Shown: positions 36,740-47,132 of the stretch, piece after piece | How positions within the stretch are numbered: the first letter of the stretch is position 1 | How the letters are laid out: every line of letters starts with the position of its first letter | Assembly (NCBI GenBank): GCA_001821555.1 | Contig: MHMM01000004.1 | Coordinates: 47,525 to 111,524 of the forward strand | DNA: 64,000 bases | Reading direction: 5' to 3' | Origin: Candidatus Nealsonbacteria bacterium RIFOXYB1_FULL_40_15 | Lineage (GTDB): Bacteria; Patescibacteriota; Minisyncoccia; Minisyncoccales; GWA2-38-27 | Program-made: the position numbers and the translations under genes | The notes under the pieces: model-generated | Database searches by the model: none | Seen by the model: only the letters and a program-made list of their open reading frames with translations | What the model was told of the DNA's origin: nothing

Positions 36740-39700
36740 ATGAAGTTCACTCATTTGCATGTCCACTCCCACTATTCTCTTCTAGACGGGCTCCCCAAAA
36801 TAGACCTTCTGTTAGAAAGAGTAAAAGAGCTCGGAATGGATTCTGTGGCTATTACAGACCACGGGGTAATGTATGGAGCTATTGAGTTTTATCAGAAAGC
36901 AAAAAAAGCAGGAATAAAACCAATAATAGGATGCGAAGTCTATATGGCCCAGGAAAGAATGCATCAAAAAAGGCCAAAGATAGACGATAAGAAATACCAT
37001 CTTATTCTTCTGGCAAAAAATGAAACCGGATACAAAAATCTGGTAAAGCTTGTTACTAAAGCCCACCTTGAAGGATTTTACTACAAGCCCAGAATAGATG
37101 ACGAACTCTTAGCTAAGCACTCCGAAGGACTTATTGCAATGACTGCCTGCATCGCAGGGAGAATTCCCCGCTTGATAGCTTCAAAGAAATTTGACGAAGC
37201 TGAAAAACTAGCCCTAAGGTATCAGGAGATCTTTGGGCCTGGAAACTTTTATCTTGAGATACAACATCATCCGAATCTTCAAGACCAAAAACCGGTTAAT
37301 GAAGGACTCATTGCAATTTCAAAGAAATACGGCATTCCTCTCGTCGCCACAAACGATGCCCATTATTTAAGATTAGAAGATGCGGAAGCCCAGGATATTC
37401 TTATGCTTATAAACACAGGGGCAAAACCGGACGATCCCGAAAGAGCCACAATCAAATCAGATGATTTTTCCTTAAAGTCATCTGAAGAAATGGCGGATCT
37501 CTTTAAAGAAACGCCGGAAGCTATAGAGAATACCCAGAAAATAAAAGAAATGTGCAATTTAGAGCTTGAGTTGGGAAAAACTCTGCTCCCCCATTACGAG
37601 GTCCCAGAAGCAAAAGAACCCGATATTTATTTAAAAGATCTTTGCTTTAAAAATCTTGAAAAAAGATACGGCAGTAAGCCCGGGAAAGAAGTGGCAGAAC
37701 GCCTTGAATATGAGCTTTCGGTCATAAAGCAGACGGGATTTGCATCCTATTTTTTAATCGTGCAGGATTTTGTCAATTGGGCAAAAAGCCAAAGAATAGT
37801 GGTGGGACCAGGGAGAGGATCTGCGGCAGGTTCCATAGTCGCCTATCTTACGAATATAACAAATGTGGATCCTTTGAAGAATAATCTTCTCTTTGAGAGA
37901 TTTCTGAATCCGGAAAGGATCTCAATGCCTGATATTGATTTGGATTTCACCGACAGAAGAAGAGACGAGGTCATAAACTATGTGGCTGAAAAATACGGGA
38001 AAGACCACGTTGCCCAGATAATAACCTTCGGCACAATGGCTTCCAGGGCTGTTATCAGAGACGTAGGAAGAGCGTTGGGATACGAATACAGTTATTGCGA
38101 CAAAACCGCCAAAATGATCCCTTTCGGATTTTCTTTGAAAGACGCCTTAGAAAAAGTAGACGAATTCAGGGAATTTTATGAAGCTGATGAAAAAGCAACA
38201 CGTCTTATAGATTTAGGCCTAAAGCTGGAAGGAGTCGTAAGACATGCTTCCACCCATGCTTGCGGAGTTGTAATTTCGGCAAAACCCCTCACCGATCTGA
38301 CCCCCCTTCAGCGTCCAACCCAGGATGACAACAGCATCGTCACCCAGTTTGAAATGCATTCCATAGAAAGTCTAGGACTTTTGAAAATGGATTTTTTGGG
38401 GCTTAAAAATCTCACAATTATTGAAGATACTTTAGCCAGAATCTATGTTTTAAGAAACGGCTTGAAAATAGATATAGATAATATTCCCCCTGATGACGCT
38501 AAATCCTTCAAGCTTTTTCAAAAAGCTCAAACTACAAGCGTTTTCCAGTTAGAATCGGACGGGATGAAAAAATATCTCAAAGAATTAAAACCAACAGAAT
38601 TTGAAGATATTGTCGCCATGGTCGCCCTGTACAGGCCAGGCCCCATGCAATTCATACCCGAATATATAGCCAGAAAGCATAAGAAAAAAGAAATAGAATA
38701 CCTCCACCAGAAGTTAAAACCTATCTTAGAAAAAACACAGGGTATCTGCATATACCAAGAACAATTGATGCAAATAGCTAGAGACTTGGCCGGGTTTACC
38801 CTGGGAGAAGCCGATGTATTAAGAAAAGCCATCGGAAAGAAAATACCGGAGCTTCTGAAAGAACAGGAAAAGAAATTTATCCAGGGGATGATTAACAATG
38901 GCATTGACGGCAAGATAGCAATAAAACTTTGGGAATGGGTATTGCCTTTCGCCCAGTATGGATTTAACAAATCCCACTCGGCAGCATACGCTACAATCGC
39001 CTACCAGACAGCTTACCTCAAAGCCAATTTCCCCGTAGAATTCATGGCATCGGTGCTGACATCCGAAAAAGGAGATATAGAAAGAGTCGCCTTTTTGATA
39101 GACGAATGCAGGCAGATGGGGATAGAAGTCTTAGCTCCCAGCATAAATGAAAGTTTAAGAAATTTTACTGTAGTAGAAGAAGGTAAAAAGATAAGATTCG
39201 GCCTTATAGCAATTAAGAATGTCGGAGAAAATATAGTGGATGTGATAGTGGAGGAAAGAAAAAACGGAAAATTCAGCTCAATAGCAGACTTTCTCCAGAG
39301 GGTTCAGTCTAAGGATTTGAATAAAAAATCAATGGAAGCATTGATAAAATCGGGCGCTTTTGACGAATTTGAAGAAAGAAACAAGCTTTTGCAAAATTTA
39401 GAAAGACTTCTAGAATGGTCAAAAGAATCCCAGAAAAATAAAGCTATGGGGCAGAAAGGGCTCTTTGAGTCTTCGGGCTTTGCAGTTTCTGTTTCTCTAG
39501 AAGAAGCTCCCGCGCTTTCTAATTTAGAAAGGTTAAGGTGGGAGAAAGAACTGCTCGGGCTTTACGTCAGCTCCCATCCATTAGAAGATTTTAAAGAAGC
39601 AATGAAAGGAACGACTGCGTTAAAAGAGCTGAAAAACTGTTTTATGAAACAGAGGGTAAAAGTCGGAGGAGTTATCTCAAGCGTTAAAAAGATAATAACA

Positions 39701-39901
39701 AAAACAGGCAAGCCGATGCTTTTCGTAAAGCTAGAGGATGTTTCCGAAAAAGCAGAAGTCGTTGTCTTTCCCTCCACTCTAGAAAAATACCCTCAAGCTT
39801 TTGAAGAGAATAAAATTGTGTTTATTTCAGGAACCGTAGATCACAGGGATAATTCTCCGAAAGTAATAGCGGATTCTGCCGAAGAAATAATCGTGTCGTA
39901 A
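36740..39901 (+). CDS. dnaE: DNA polymerase III alpha subunit (start re-set to MKFTHLHVHS)
   Basis: PHP domain start MKFTHLHVHSHYSLLDG, polymerase core motifs and a C-terminal OB fold. 1054 aa from 36740. Confidence 0.9.
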   Translation: MKFTHLHVHSHYSLLDGLPKIDLLLERVKELGMDSVAITDHGVMYGAIEFYQKAKKAGIKPIIGCEVYMAQERMHQKRPKIDDKKYHLILLAKNETGYKNLVKLVTKAHLEGFYYKPRIDDELLAKHSEGLIAMTACIAGRIPRLIASKKFDEAEKLALRYQEIFGPGNFYLEIQHHPNLQDQKPVNEGLIAISKKYGIPLVATNDAHYLRLEDAEAQDILMLINTGAKPDDPERATIKSDDFSLKSSEEMADLFKETPEAIENTQKIKEMCNLELELGKTLLPHYEVPEAKEPDIYLKDLCFKNLEKRYGSKPGKEVAERLEYELSVIKQTGFASYFLIVQDFVNWAKSQRIVVGPGRGSAAGSIVAYLTNITNVDPLKNNLLFERFLNPERISMPDIDLDFTDRRRDEVINYVAEKYGKDHVAQIITFGTMASRAVIRDVGRALGYEYSYCDKTAKMIPFGFSLKDALEKVDEFREFYEADEKATRLIDLGLKLEGVVRHASTHACGVVISAKPLTDLTPLQRPTQDDNSIVTQFEMHSIESLGLLKMDFLGLKNLTIIEDTLARIYVLRNGLKIDIDNIPPDDAKSFKLFQKAQTTSVFQLESDGMKKYLKELKPTEFEDIVAMVALYRPGPMQFIPEYIARKHKKKEIEYLHQKLKPILEKTQGICIYQEQLMQIARDLAGFTLGEADVLRKAIGKKIPELLKEQEKKFIQGMINNGIDGKIAIKLWEWVLPFAQYGFNKSHSAAYATIAYQTAYLKANFPVEFMASVLTSEKGDIERVAFLIDECRQMGIEVLAPSINESLRNFTVVEEGKKIRFGLIAIKNVGENIVDVIVEERKNGKFSSIADFLQRVQSKDLNKKSMEALIKSGAFDEFEERNKLLQNLERLLEWSKESQKNKAMGQKGLFESSGFAVSVSLEEAPALSNLERLRWEKELLGLYVSSHPLEDFKEAMKGTTALKELKNCFMKQRVKVGGVISSVKKIITKTGKPMLFVKLEDVSEKAEVVVFPSTLEKYPQAFEENKIVFISGTVDHRDNSPKVIADSAEEIIVS

Positions 39902-39944
39902 AAGAAAAGCCGAGAAGAATCCTCTCTCGGCGATTTCAAAATCC

Positions 39945-40091
39945 GCTATCCTTGAAGATTGGTACTGACACTCTGGTCGGGTCTTTTTTTGTCTCGTCGC
40001 CTCTTTTCAGCACCTTCTTTTATGATTTTTTCTATTCTTTTTCTCCACTCTGCAATTTCCTCTGGCGTCATACGCCTGAATTCTTTTTCCA
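39945..40091 (-). CDS. Possible small basic protein (48 aa), low confidence
   Basis: Hand translation gives MEKEFRRMTPEEIAEWRKRIEKIIKEGAEKRRRDKKRPDQSVSTNLQG, with a GGAG 8 nt upstream. It is the only non-trivial frame in the dnaE-thrS spacer. No homology recognised. Confidence 0.2.
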
Positions 40092-40225
40092 TACCGCCAT
40101 CTCCAAATTTAGCGTTAAATTTAAAACAACTGATTAAAACTTACCAGAAATATATAAATTGTCAAATTTATATAGCTTACCAATGTTTATTGCTGTTTTG
40201 GACTAATTGTACTAATATGTAATAT

Positions 40226-41929
40226 ATGGAAAAAAAGAGGCATTCTTTAGCCCACGTATTGGCTTTCGCAGTAAAAAATCTTTATCCTGATGTTAAGTTC
40301 GGGATGGGGCCTGCGATAGAAAACGGTTTTTACTATGATTTTGGCAATCTCAAGATTTCAGATTCAGACCTTCCGAAAATAGAAAAGGAAATGAAAAAGA
40401 TTATAGCCAAAGATATTCTCTTTGAAAAGTCTGACATATCAAATCAAGAAGCCAAAGATTTATTCAAAGACCAGCCCTACAAACTGGATCTCCTGAAAGA
40501 ACTCCCTGAAACAGTTTCTGTTTACAAATCAGGAGATTTTAGGGATCTTTGTTCTGGGCCTCATATAAAATCGGTAAAAGAAATAGCCCAGAACTCTTTT
40601 AGACTTTCCAGGATTGCCGGCGCTTACTGGAAGGGCGACGAAAAGAATCCCATGCTTACCAGGATATACGGCCTCGCCTTTGAAAACGAAAATGCTTTAA
40701 ATGATTTTTTAAAGTTTCAGGAGGAGGCCGAGAAGAGGGACCATAGGAAACTGGGCGCCCAGCTGGACCTGTTTACAATAGACGAAGAAACCGGCCAAGG
40801 CCTTCCTTTGTGGCTTCCGAAGGGGGCGTTAATCAGAAGGTTAATAGAAAATTACCTTTATAATGAATTAACTGCTGAAGGTTATAATTGGCTCTATACT
40901 CCTCATATAGGAAAGTTAAATCTTTGGAAAACATCCGGGCATTGGAATTTTTACAAAGAAAATCTTTACTCCCCCATTCAGATAGACGAAGAACAGTATC
41001 TGTTAAAACCCATGAATTGCCCGTTTCATCTCAAGGCGTATAACTCCAAGAAAAGAAGCTACAAAGAATTGCCGATAAAATACGCGGAGTTTGGAACAGT
41101 CTACAGATATGAAAGATCGGGAACCCTGCACGGATTGACCCGTGTCCGAGGATTTACCCAGGACGATGCCCATCTTATCTGCGCCTCAGAGCAAATGCCG
41201 AAAGAATTGGAAAAACTGGTAAAACATGGCATAAAAATACTTAAAAATTTCGGCTTTAAAGAGTTTAACATATATCTTTCTACCCGGCCGGAGGTTTCAG
41301 CCGGAACAGACGAAGGCTGGGAAAAGGCAACCGAAACATTAAAACAGGTTTTAAATAAATTAAAATTGAAATTCCAGGTGGATCAAGGAGGCGGAGTTTT
41401 TTATGGGCCAAAGATAGATATCAAAATAAAAGACTCCTTGGGAAGAGAATGGCAATGCACAACTGTTCAGTTTGATTTTAATCTGCCCGAGAAGTTCAAG
41501 ATACGCTATGTGGACAAAGACGGTCAAGAAAAGGAGCCGTTTATGATTCACAGGGCGCTTCTCGGATCATTTGAGAGATTTTTCGGGGTTCTTATAGAAC
41601 ATTTTACCGGGGCTTTCCCCGTCTGGCTTTCTCCGGTTCAGGCTTCTGTCATACCTATAAGCAAAAAACACTTAAAATACGCAAAAGATATCTATAAAAA
41701 GCTCCAAGAAAACGAAATAAGGGCAGAAATATTCCAGGAAAATGAGACCGTAGGGAAAAAAATAAGAGCTGCTGAAATGCAAAAAATTCCATATATTTTC
41801 ATTATAGGAGACAAAGAGCAGAAGAAAGGAACAGTAAGCGTAAGACAGAGAAAAAAGGGAGATATAGGAAATTTCAAACTGAAAAAAGCTATAGAAAAGA
41901 TTTTAGAAGATATTGAAAAGAGGAAATGA
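40226..41929 (+). CDS. thrS: Threonyl-tRNA synthetase (lacks N-terminal TGS domain)
   Basis: Starts at the editing (N2) domain, HSLAHVLAFAVKNLYP, followed by a class II catalytic core and a C-terminal anticodon-binding domain. 567 aa, against about 640 for full-length ThrRS. Confidence 0.85.
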   Translation: MEKKRHSLAHVLAFAVKNLYPDVKFGMGPAIENGFYYDFGNLKISDSDLPKIEKEMKKIIAKDILFEKSDISNQEAKDLFKDQPYKLDLLKELPETVSVYKSGDFRDLCSGPHIKSVKEIAQNSFRLSRIAGAYWKGDEKNPMLTRIYGLAFENENALNDFLKFQEEAEKRDHRKLGAQLDLFTIDEETGQGLPLWLPKGALIRRLIENYLYNELTAEGYNWLYTPHIGKLNLWKTSGHWNFYKENLYSPIQIDEEQYLLKPMNCPFHLKAYNSKKRSYKELPIKYAEFGTVYRYERSGTLHGLTRVRGFTQDDAHLICASEQMPKELEKLVKHGIKILKNFGFKEFNIYLSTRPEVSAGTDEGWEKATETLKQVLNKLKLKFQVDQGGGVFYGPKIDIKIKDSLGREWQCTTVQFDFNLPEKFKIRYVDKDGQEKEPFMIHRALLGSFERFFGVLIEHFTGAFPVWLSPVQASVIPISKKHLKYAKDIYKKLQENEIRAEIFQENETVGKKIRAAEMQKIPYIFIIGDKEQKKGTVSVRQRKKGDIGNFKLKKAIEKILEDIEKRK

Positions 41930-43533
41930 ATAAGATTTCCCTTCCAGCCCAAAAGCTGGCAGAAAAATACAGGATTTCAACTGAAACAAAAGAAAACTCC
42001 CAAACAATTCATGTGGATGAGGTTGCTTCAAGGGTAGCGGCATTTTATGAAAAGATAAGAGGAATAATAGATTGGAAAGAAGAGCATCTGCTGAAAAGAA
42101 GAGCCATAGAAAGGATTTTAAAAAGAAGGATATTTTCTAAAATGGCTCTTACGGAAGAAGGCATATCCGGAAACTGCAACTTTGCGGAGCCTTTTGTTAT
42201 GGAACTGATAAGAGGCGGGCACTTCCCGAACGATAAGATAGAAGAAAGCAAAATAAAAGAAGTCCAGGATGCTATAAATAAGTATATTTTTATAATAAGA
42301 GTGTGCCAGAAGAAAGAAGAAAAATCAAAGATAGAGCTATATAGCTGGCTCACCGAAATAGCCGCCTGCGAAATAGAAGAAATTCTCTCCCCCTCAATAA
42401 GAGAAAGGGCTTTGATGGACTATATGACCGAAGCAATGAAAGAAAGGATAAAGATCTCGGATAATATTTTAGAACAGACCAAAATAACAGAGGAGGAGAA
42501 AAAAGAACAAACCTATATAGCTGCGCAAAGAGCTTTGTTCAAGCTGGATCCTTCGGTTATCACTTATCACATTCTGAAAAGAACCTACTCTGATTGGAAA
42601 AATATGTCCAGAGAAAAACTTTCAGACATAGCAGAGAATATATACGAGATAAAAGAAAATATGGATAAAGTTCTTGAACATCCTATTTCTGATAAGTTTT
42701 ATCAGATAGCTGAAAAATATGACACTCCTTTTCTTCTTTTAGGAGATGCTTTATCGGCAAGCGAAGACTTATTTTCAAGCCCTGAAAATCTTGAAAAGGA
42801 AATTTCCAGAGCTTATAAAAAAAGAGTGTCTACTCTTAAAAAAAGACTTGGGAGGGCGGCCCTTTACTCTACTCTGTCAATATTCCTTACAAATATAGTT
42901 TCTCTTTTCATAATTGAAATTCCTTTTAATAAATGGATAACGGGATATTATTTCAATATGTCTGCCATGCTCATAGACATATTTGTTCCGACTTTCTTAA
43001 TGTTTTTTCTTGTCGCAACAGTAAGGCCCCCCAGCAAAGAGAATCTTCCCAGGGTTATAATGGAAGTGATGAAAATAGTTTATGAAAAAGAGCTAAATAC
43101 CTACGAGATTAAATCTTTTGGAAAGAAAAAAAATATATTCCTCTGGGGCATTATAAACACAATCTATTTAATCTGTTCCGCCCTCATCATATCTTTAATC
43201 GTCTGGGGGCTTTCAAAAGTGAACTTCCCTCCTCTTTCCCATATAATTTTCATAATATTCTTTGCATTAATTGCTTTTGCGGGAACAAAGATAAGGCAAA
43301 GAGCAAAAGAGCTCCAGGTAATAGAAGAACGAGAATCCTTCCTGCATTTTTTTACCGATCCTTTCGCAATTCCCATAATCCAGCTTGGCAAATGGCTTAC
43401 ACTAAAATGGAAAAAGTATAACATAATAGCGGTATTTTTTTCTGCTCTGATAGATATGCCCTTCACTGTATTTGTGGAATTCATAGAACAGTGGAGATAT
43501 TTTATAAAAGAGAAGAAAGAGAAAATACACTAA
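41926..43533 (+). CDS. Hypothetical bipartite protein (300-aa soluble N-domain plus C-terminal 5-TM domain)
   Basis: 535 aa. The start overlaps the thrS stop by 4 nt. No family recognised. Confidence 0.45.
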   Translation: MNKISLPAQKLAEKYRISTETKENSQTIHVDEVASRVAAFYEKIRGIIDWKEEHLLKRRAIERILKRRIFSKMALTEEGISGNCNFAEPFVMELIRGGHFPNDKIEESKIKEVQDAINKYIFIIRVCQKKEEKSKIELYSWLTEIAACEIEEILSPSIRERALMDYMTEAMKERIKISDNILEQTKITEEEKKEQTYIAAQRALFKLDPSVITYHILKRTYSDWKNMSREKLSDIAENIYEIKENMDKVLEHPISDKFYQIAEKYDTPFLLLGDALSASEDLFSSPENLEKEISRAYKKRVSTLKKRLGRAALYSTLSIFLTNIVSLFIIEIPFNKWITGYYFNMSAMLIDIFVPTFLMFFLVATVRPPSKENLPRVIMEVMKIVYEKELNTYEIKSFGKKKNIFLWGIINTIYLICSALIISLIVWGLSKVNFPPLSHIIFIIFFALIAFAGTKIRQRAKELQVIEERESFLHFFTDPFAIPIIQLGKWLTLKWKKYNIIAVFFSALIDMPFTVFVEFIEQWRYFIKEKKEKIH

Positions 43534-43610
43534 GAAAAGTATCAAGCATAAAATTACTTTCGGAAATTTTCCGTGTTATACGCAATACTTTATACAAAAT
43601 ACATTATACA

Positions 43611-44819
43611 ATGCGATATTTTATTATCACATACGGCTGCCAGATGAATATTTCAGACTCTGAAAGGATATCAGGGGCTATGAAAAGATCGGGGTTAAAG
43701 CCCGCAAAGAGTCTTGAGGAGTCGGATCTTGCCGTAATAAATATGTGCTCTGTAAGGCGATCCGCCTCTGACAGGATTTTGGGTTCTTTGCCCAAATTCA
43801 AGGGAAAAACCACCGTTCTTACGGGGTGTATTCTTCCAAAAGAAAGAAGAAGGTTTTCTAAATTTTTTGATTACGTCTTGGATATAAAAGAGCTGGGAGA
43901 ATGGCCATTCTCATCCTTCAAAGAAAAAGATTACTTTAGGATAGAGCCGGAATATTCAAGTAAATTTTCTGCCTGCATTCCGATTATGACGGGCTGCAAT
44001 AATTTTTGCAGTTATTGCGCAGTCCCCTATACCAGAGGGCGAGAAATCTCAAGACCAAAGAAAGAGATTATCAAAGAAGCTAAAACTCTTGTAGAAAAAG
44101 GATTCAAAGAAATATGGCTTTTGGGGCAAAATGTCAATTCATATAAATACGAGTTTTCCGATCTTCTAAGGAAAATAAACACTATTCCCGGAAAGTTTTG
44201 GATAAGATTCACTTCTTCCCACCCTAAGGACTTTTCCGAAGACCTGATAAAAACGATGAAAGAATGCTCAAAGATCACTCCCTATCTCAACCTTCCTGTC
44301 CAATCGGGAGATTCTAATGTTTTGAAGAGAATGAACAGGCCGTATACTATAAAAAAGTATAAAGAAATAGTAAAAAAAATAAGGAAAGAAATTCCTGAAA
44401 TATCTATTTCAACTGATGTGATAGTCGGATTTTGCGGAGAAACTAAAAAAGAATTTGAAAATACAAAAAAACTTTTTAAGGAAATAAAATACGACATGGC
44501 TTATATAAACAAGTATTCTGAAAGGCCTGGAACAGAATCAGCCGAGAAAATGAAGGATGATATATCCAAAAAAGAAAAATCAAGAAGAGAAAAAGAACTG
44601 AATGAGATCCTAAAAGAAACTGCCCTCAAAAACAATAAAAAATATGAAGGAAAAACAATTGAGGTTTTGATTTCAGAGTTCCGAAAGGGGTTTCTTTATG
44701 GAAAATCAAAAAATTACAAAACAGTAAGGATTGAAGGCTCCGAAGAAATGGTTGGAAGTTTTAGACAAGTTAAAATAAAAAGAGCCCTTTCATGGGGACT
44801 TGAGGGAATATTAAAATGA
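43611..44819 (+). CDS. miaB: MiaB-family tRNA methylthiotransferase (radical SAM; start re-set to MRYFIITYGCQMN)
   Basis: MTTase N-domain (ITYGCQMN), a radical-SAM CNNFCSYCAVPYTRGRE cluster and a C-terminal TRAM domain. Confidence 0.8.
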   Translation: MRYFIITYGCQMNISDSERISGAMKRSGLKPAKSLEESDLAVINMCSVRRSASDRILGSLPKFKGKTTVLTGCILPKERRRFSKFFDYVLDIKELGEWPFSSFKEKDYFRIEPEYSSKFSACIPIMTGCNNFCSYCAVPYTRGREISRPKKEIIKEAKTLVEKGFKEIWLLGQNVNSYKYEFSDLLRKINTIPGKFWIRFTSSHPKDFSEDLIKTMKECSKITPYLNLPVQSGDSNVLKRMNRPYTIKKYKEIVKKIRKEIPEISISTDVIVGFCGETKKEFENTKKLFKEIKYDMAYINKYSERPGTESAEKMKDDISKKEKSRREKELNEILKETALKNNKKYEGKTIEVLISEFRKGFLYGKSKNYKTVRIEGSEEMVGSFRQVKIKRALSWGLEGILK

Positions 44820-45703
44820 AAAAGATAGTTGTTATTTTAGGCCCCACTGCTTCCGGAAAAACAGATCTTTCCATAAAACTCGCAAAGAAATTCGGTGGAG
44901 AGATTGTTTCTGCAGACTCAAGGCAGGTTTATAAGGGAATGAACATAGGAACAGGAAAAGCAACGAAAAAAGAAATGCAGGGCATTCCGCATCATCTTTT
45001 AGATGTCGCCTCTCCCAAGAAAAGATTTACCGTTGCCCAGTATAAGAAATTAGCCGAAAAAGCTATAAAAAATATCCAAAAAAAAGGCAGATTGCCTTTT
45101 CTGGTAGGAGGCACCGGATTTTACATACAAGCAGTAATAGACGGGATTATAATTCCTGAAGTAAAACCAGACTTAAAATTAAGGAAGGGGCTAGAACAAA
45201 AATCTGCCGAAGACTTGTTCAAAAGATTAGAAAGGATTGATCCTAAAAGGGCCAAGAACATAGACAAATTCAATAAAAGACGCTTAGTCAGGGCGCTGGA
45301 AATTGTTATGTCAAGCAAATCTCCCGTTCCCCCGCTCAAAACTAATCCGATTGATTCAGAAATCCTTATTCTGGGAACAAATAAAAAGGACCTGAATAAG
45401 CTTATTTATTATAGACTTATTAAACGCTTAAAATATGGAATGATAGCCGAAGTAAAAAGACTGCGCAAACAAGGAGTTTCTTGGAAACGCCTTGAAGAGT
45501 TCGGTTTAGAGTATAGATATATCGCCCTATTCTTGCAAGGCAAAATATCAAAAAAAGAAATGATAGAAAAACTCCAGAAAGAAATAGAACATTATGCCAA
45601 AAGACAGATGACTTGGTTTAAGAGAGATAAAAGAATACATTGGATAAAAAACGAGAAACAGGCTCGCAACCTCTTAAAAAACTTTACTTCAACAACTTCT
45701 TAA
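44816..45703 (+). CDS. miaA: tRNA dimethylallyltransferase
   Basis: P-loop ILGPTASGKT followed by SADSRQVYKGMNIGTGK. Its start overlaps the miaB stop by 4 nt. Confidence 0.9.
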   Translation: MKKIVVILGPTASGKTDLSIKLAKKFGGEIVSADSRQVYKGMNIGTGKATKKEMQGIPHHLLDVASPKKRFTVAQYKKLAEKAIKNIQKKGRLPFLVGGTGFYIQAVIDGIIIPEVKPDLKLRKGLEQKSAEDLFKRLERIDPKRAKNIDKFNKRRLVRALEIVMSSKSPVPPLKTNPIDSEILILGTNKKDLNKLIYYRLIKRLKYGMIAEVKRLRKQGVSWKRLEEFGLEYRYIALFLQGKISKKEMIEKLQKEIEHYAKRQMTWFKRDKRIHWIKNEKQARNLLKNFTSTTS

Positions 45704-47132
45704 GCGTGTCGCGGGCAATATCAGGTTTGGCCCTGCCTTTAGTGGCGGCCATAACTTGGCCCACCAAAAACTGCAAAGATTCTTCTTTTCCTCCTTTATA
45801 ATCCTCTACTGCTTTTTTATTTTTACCAATCACCTCTTTTACAATTGATTCTATCTCCCCCTCCCCCTCAATTTGCCCTAATCCCCCTTCTTCTATAATG
45901 TGGGATGGATCTTTGCCCTTCGCCATCATTTCTGCTAAAACCTGCTTTGCTGTTTTTGAAGATATTTTACCTCCGTATATCAGAGCAATAAATTCTCCGA
46001 AGTTTTCGGGCGTTACCTTAATTTCTTTTGCGGATCTGCCGGCCAGCAACCCCTGAAGGTCAGTAGTAATATAGTTATAGGCAAGTTTTGTAAGTTTCAG
46101 AAGATCTTCTTCGGCAATTTTTCTTTTCTGCTCTATTGTTTTCACCCATTCTTTCAATTCGGACATTACCTGCTCAAAATAACATCCTAGGTCCTTATCC
46201 GAAACAAACATTTCTATATTCTCAAGCCCATATTCCTTTCTAAACCTTTCTCTTTTTTCGGAAGGAAGCTCGGAAATCTCTCTTTTTATCTCATCTACAA
46301 AAGATTTTTCTATATGAAAAGTCGGAAGATCCGGCTCCGGCAGATACCTATAATCGTGCGCCTCCTCTTTTTCTCTCTGGCTTAATGTTTTTTGCTTTTT
46401 ATCGTGCCATCCCCTGGTTTCCTGGACTATTTTGCCTCCTTCTTCCAGAATTTCAGTTTGCCTTTCAATTTCATAATCAACAGCTTTTTCCACGACTCTG
46501 AAGGAGTTAAGATTTTTAATTTCTACCTTAGTCCCCAGCTTTTTTGTTTTGCTCAAGCTTATATTCACCTCTACTCTCATTTGGCCCTTCTCCATATCTG
46601 CATTAGAAACTCCCAAATATCTTAAAATAAGCTGGAGTTCTTGGGCAAATTGCCTGGCTTGGCTTCCTGAATAAATATCGGGTTCTGTCACCATTTCCAT
46701 CAGAGGAACGCCTGCCCTGTTGAGGTCAACCAGAGACTCTCCGTCTTTATGAATAAGTCTTCCCGTATCTTCTTCAAGATGAATTCTTTTAATCCTCACT
46801 TTTTTCCCCTCTATCTCCAAAAATCCCCCCTCGCAAAAAGGCATATCATATTGGGATATTTGATATCCTTTCGGCAGATCGGGATAAAAATAGTTCTTTC
46901 TGTCAAATTTAGACTCTTTGGCTATTTTTGATCCTAAGGCAAGCCCTGTTTTTATAACCTTTCTTACGGCCTCCTTATTGACAACCGGCAAAGTCCCCGG
47001 CTGGGCAGTACAAACAGGGCAAATATTAAAATTGGGTCTTTTTTCTAAAGGATCGTTTTTGCAAGAGCAAAACATTTTGGATTTTGTATTTAGTTCTGCG
47101 TGGATCTCAAGTCCTATTGTAGGTTTATACAT
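45684..47132 (-). CDS. gatB: Asp-tRNA(Asn)/Glu-tRNA(Gln) amidotransferase subunit B
   Basis: MYKPTIGLEIHAELNTKSKMFCSC...PGTLPVVN, typical GatB. Confidence 0.9.
   Translation of the reverse strand: MYKPTIGLEIHAELNTKSKMFCSCKNDPLEKRPNFNICPVCTAQPGTLPVVNKEAVRKVIKTGLALGSKIAKESKFDRKNYFYPDLPKGYQISQYDMPFCEGGFLEIEGKKVRIKRIHLEEDTGRLIHKDGESLVDLNRAGVPLMEMVTEPDIYSGSQARQFAQELQLILRYLGVSNADMEKGQMRVEVNISLSKTKKLGTKVEIKNLNSFRVVEKAVDYEIERQTEILEEGGKIVQETRGWHDKKQKTLSQREKEEAHDYRYLPEPDLPTFHIEKSFVDEIKREISELPSEKRERFRKEYGLENIEMFVSDKDLGCYFEQVMSELKEWVKTIEQKRKIAEEDLLKLTKLAYNYITTDLQGLLAGRSAKEIKVTPENFGEFIALIYGGKISSKTAKQVLAEMMAKGKDPSHIIEEGGLGQIEGEGEIESIVKEVIGKNKKAVEDYKGGKEESLQFLVGQVMAATKGRAKPDIARDTLKKLLK

Noticed and set aside
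39952-40222. Plus-strand ORFs of 61 and 87 aa in the dnaE-thrS spacer
   Set aside because: Low-complexity Phe/Leu-rich translations of AT-rich spacer sequence. The minus-strand 48-aa frame is the only candidate retained, at low confidence.
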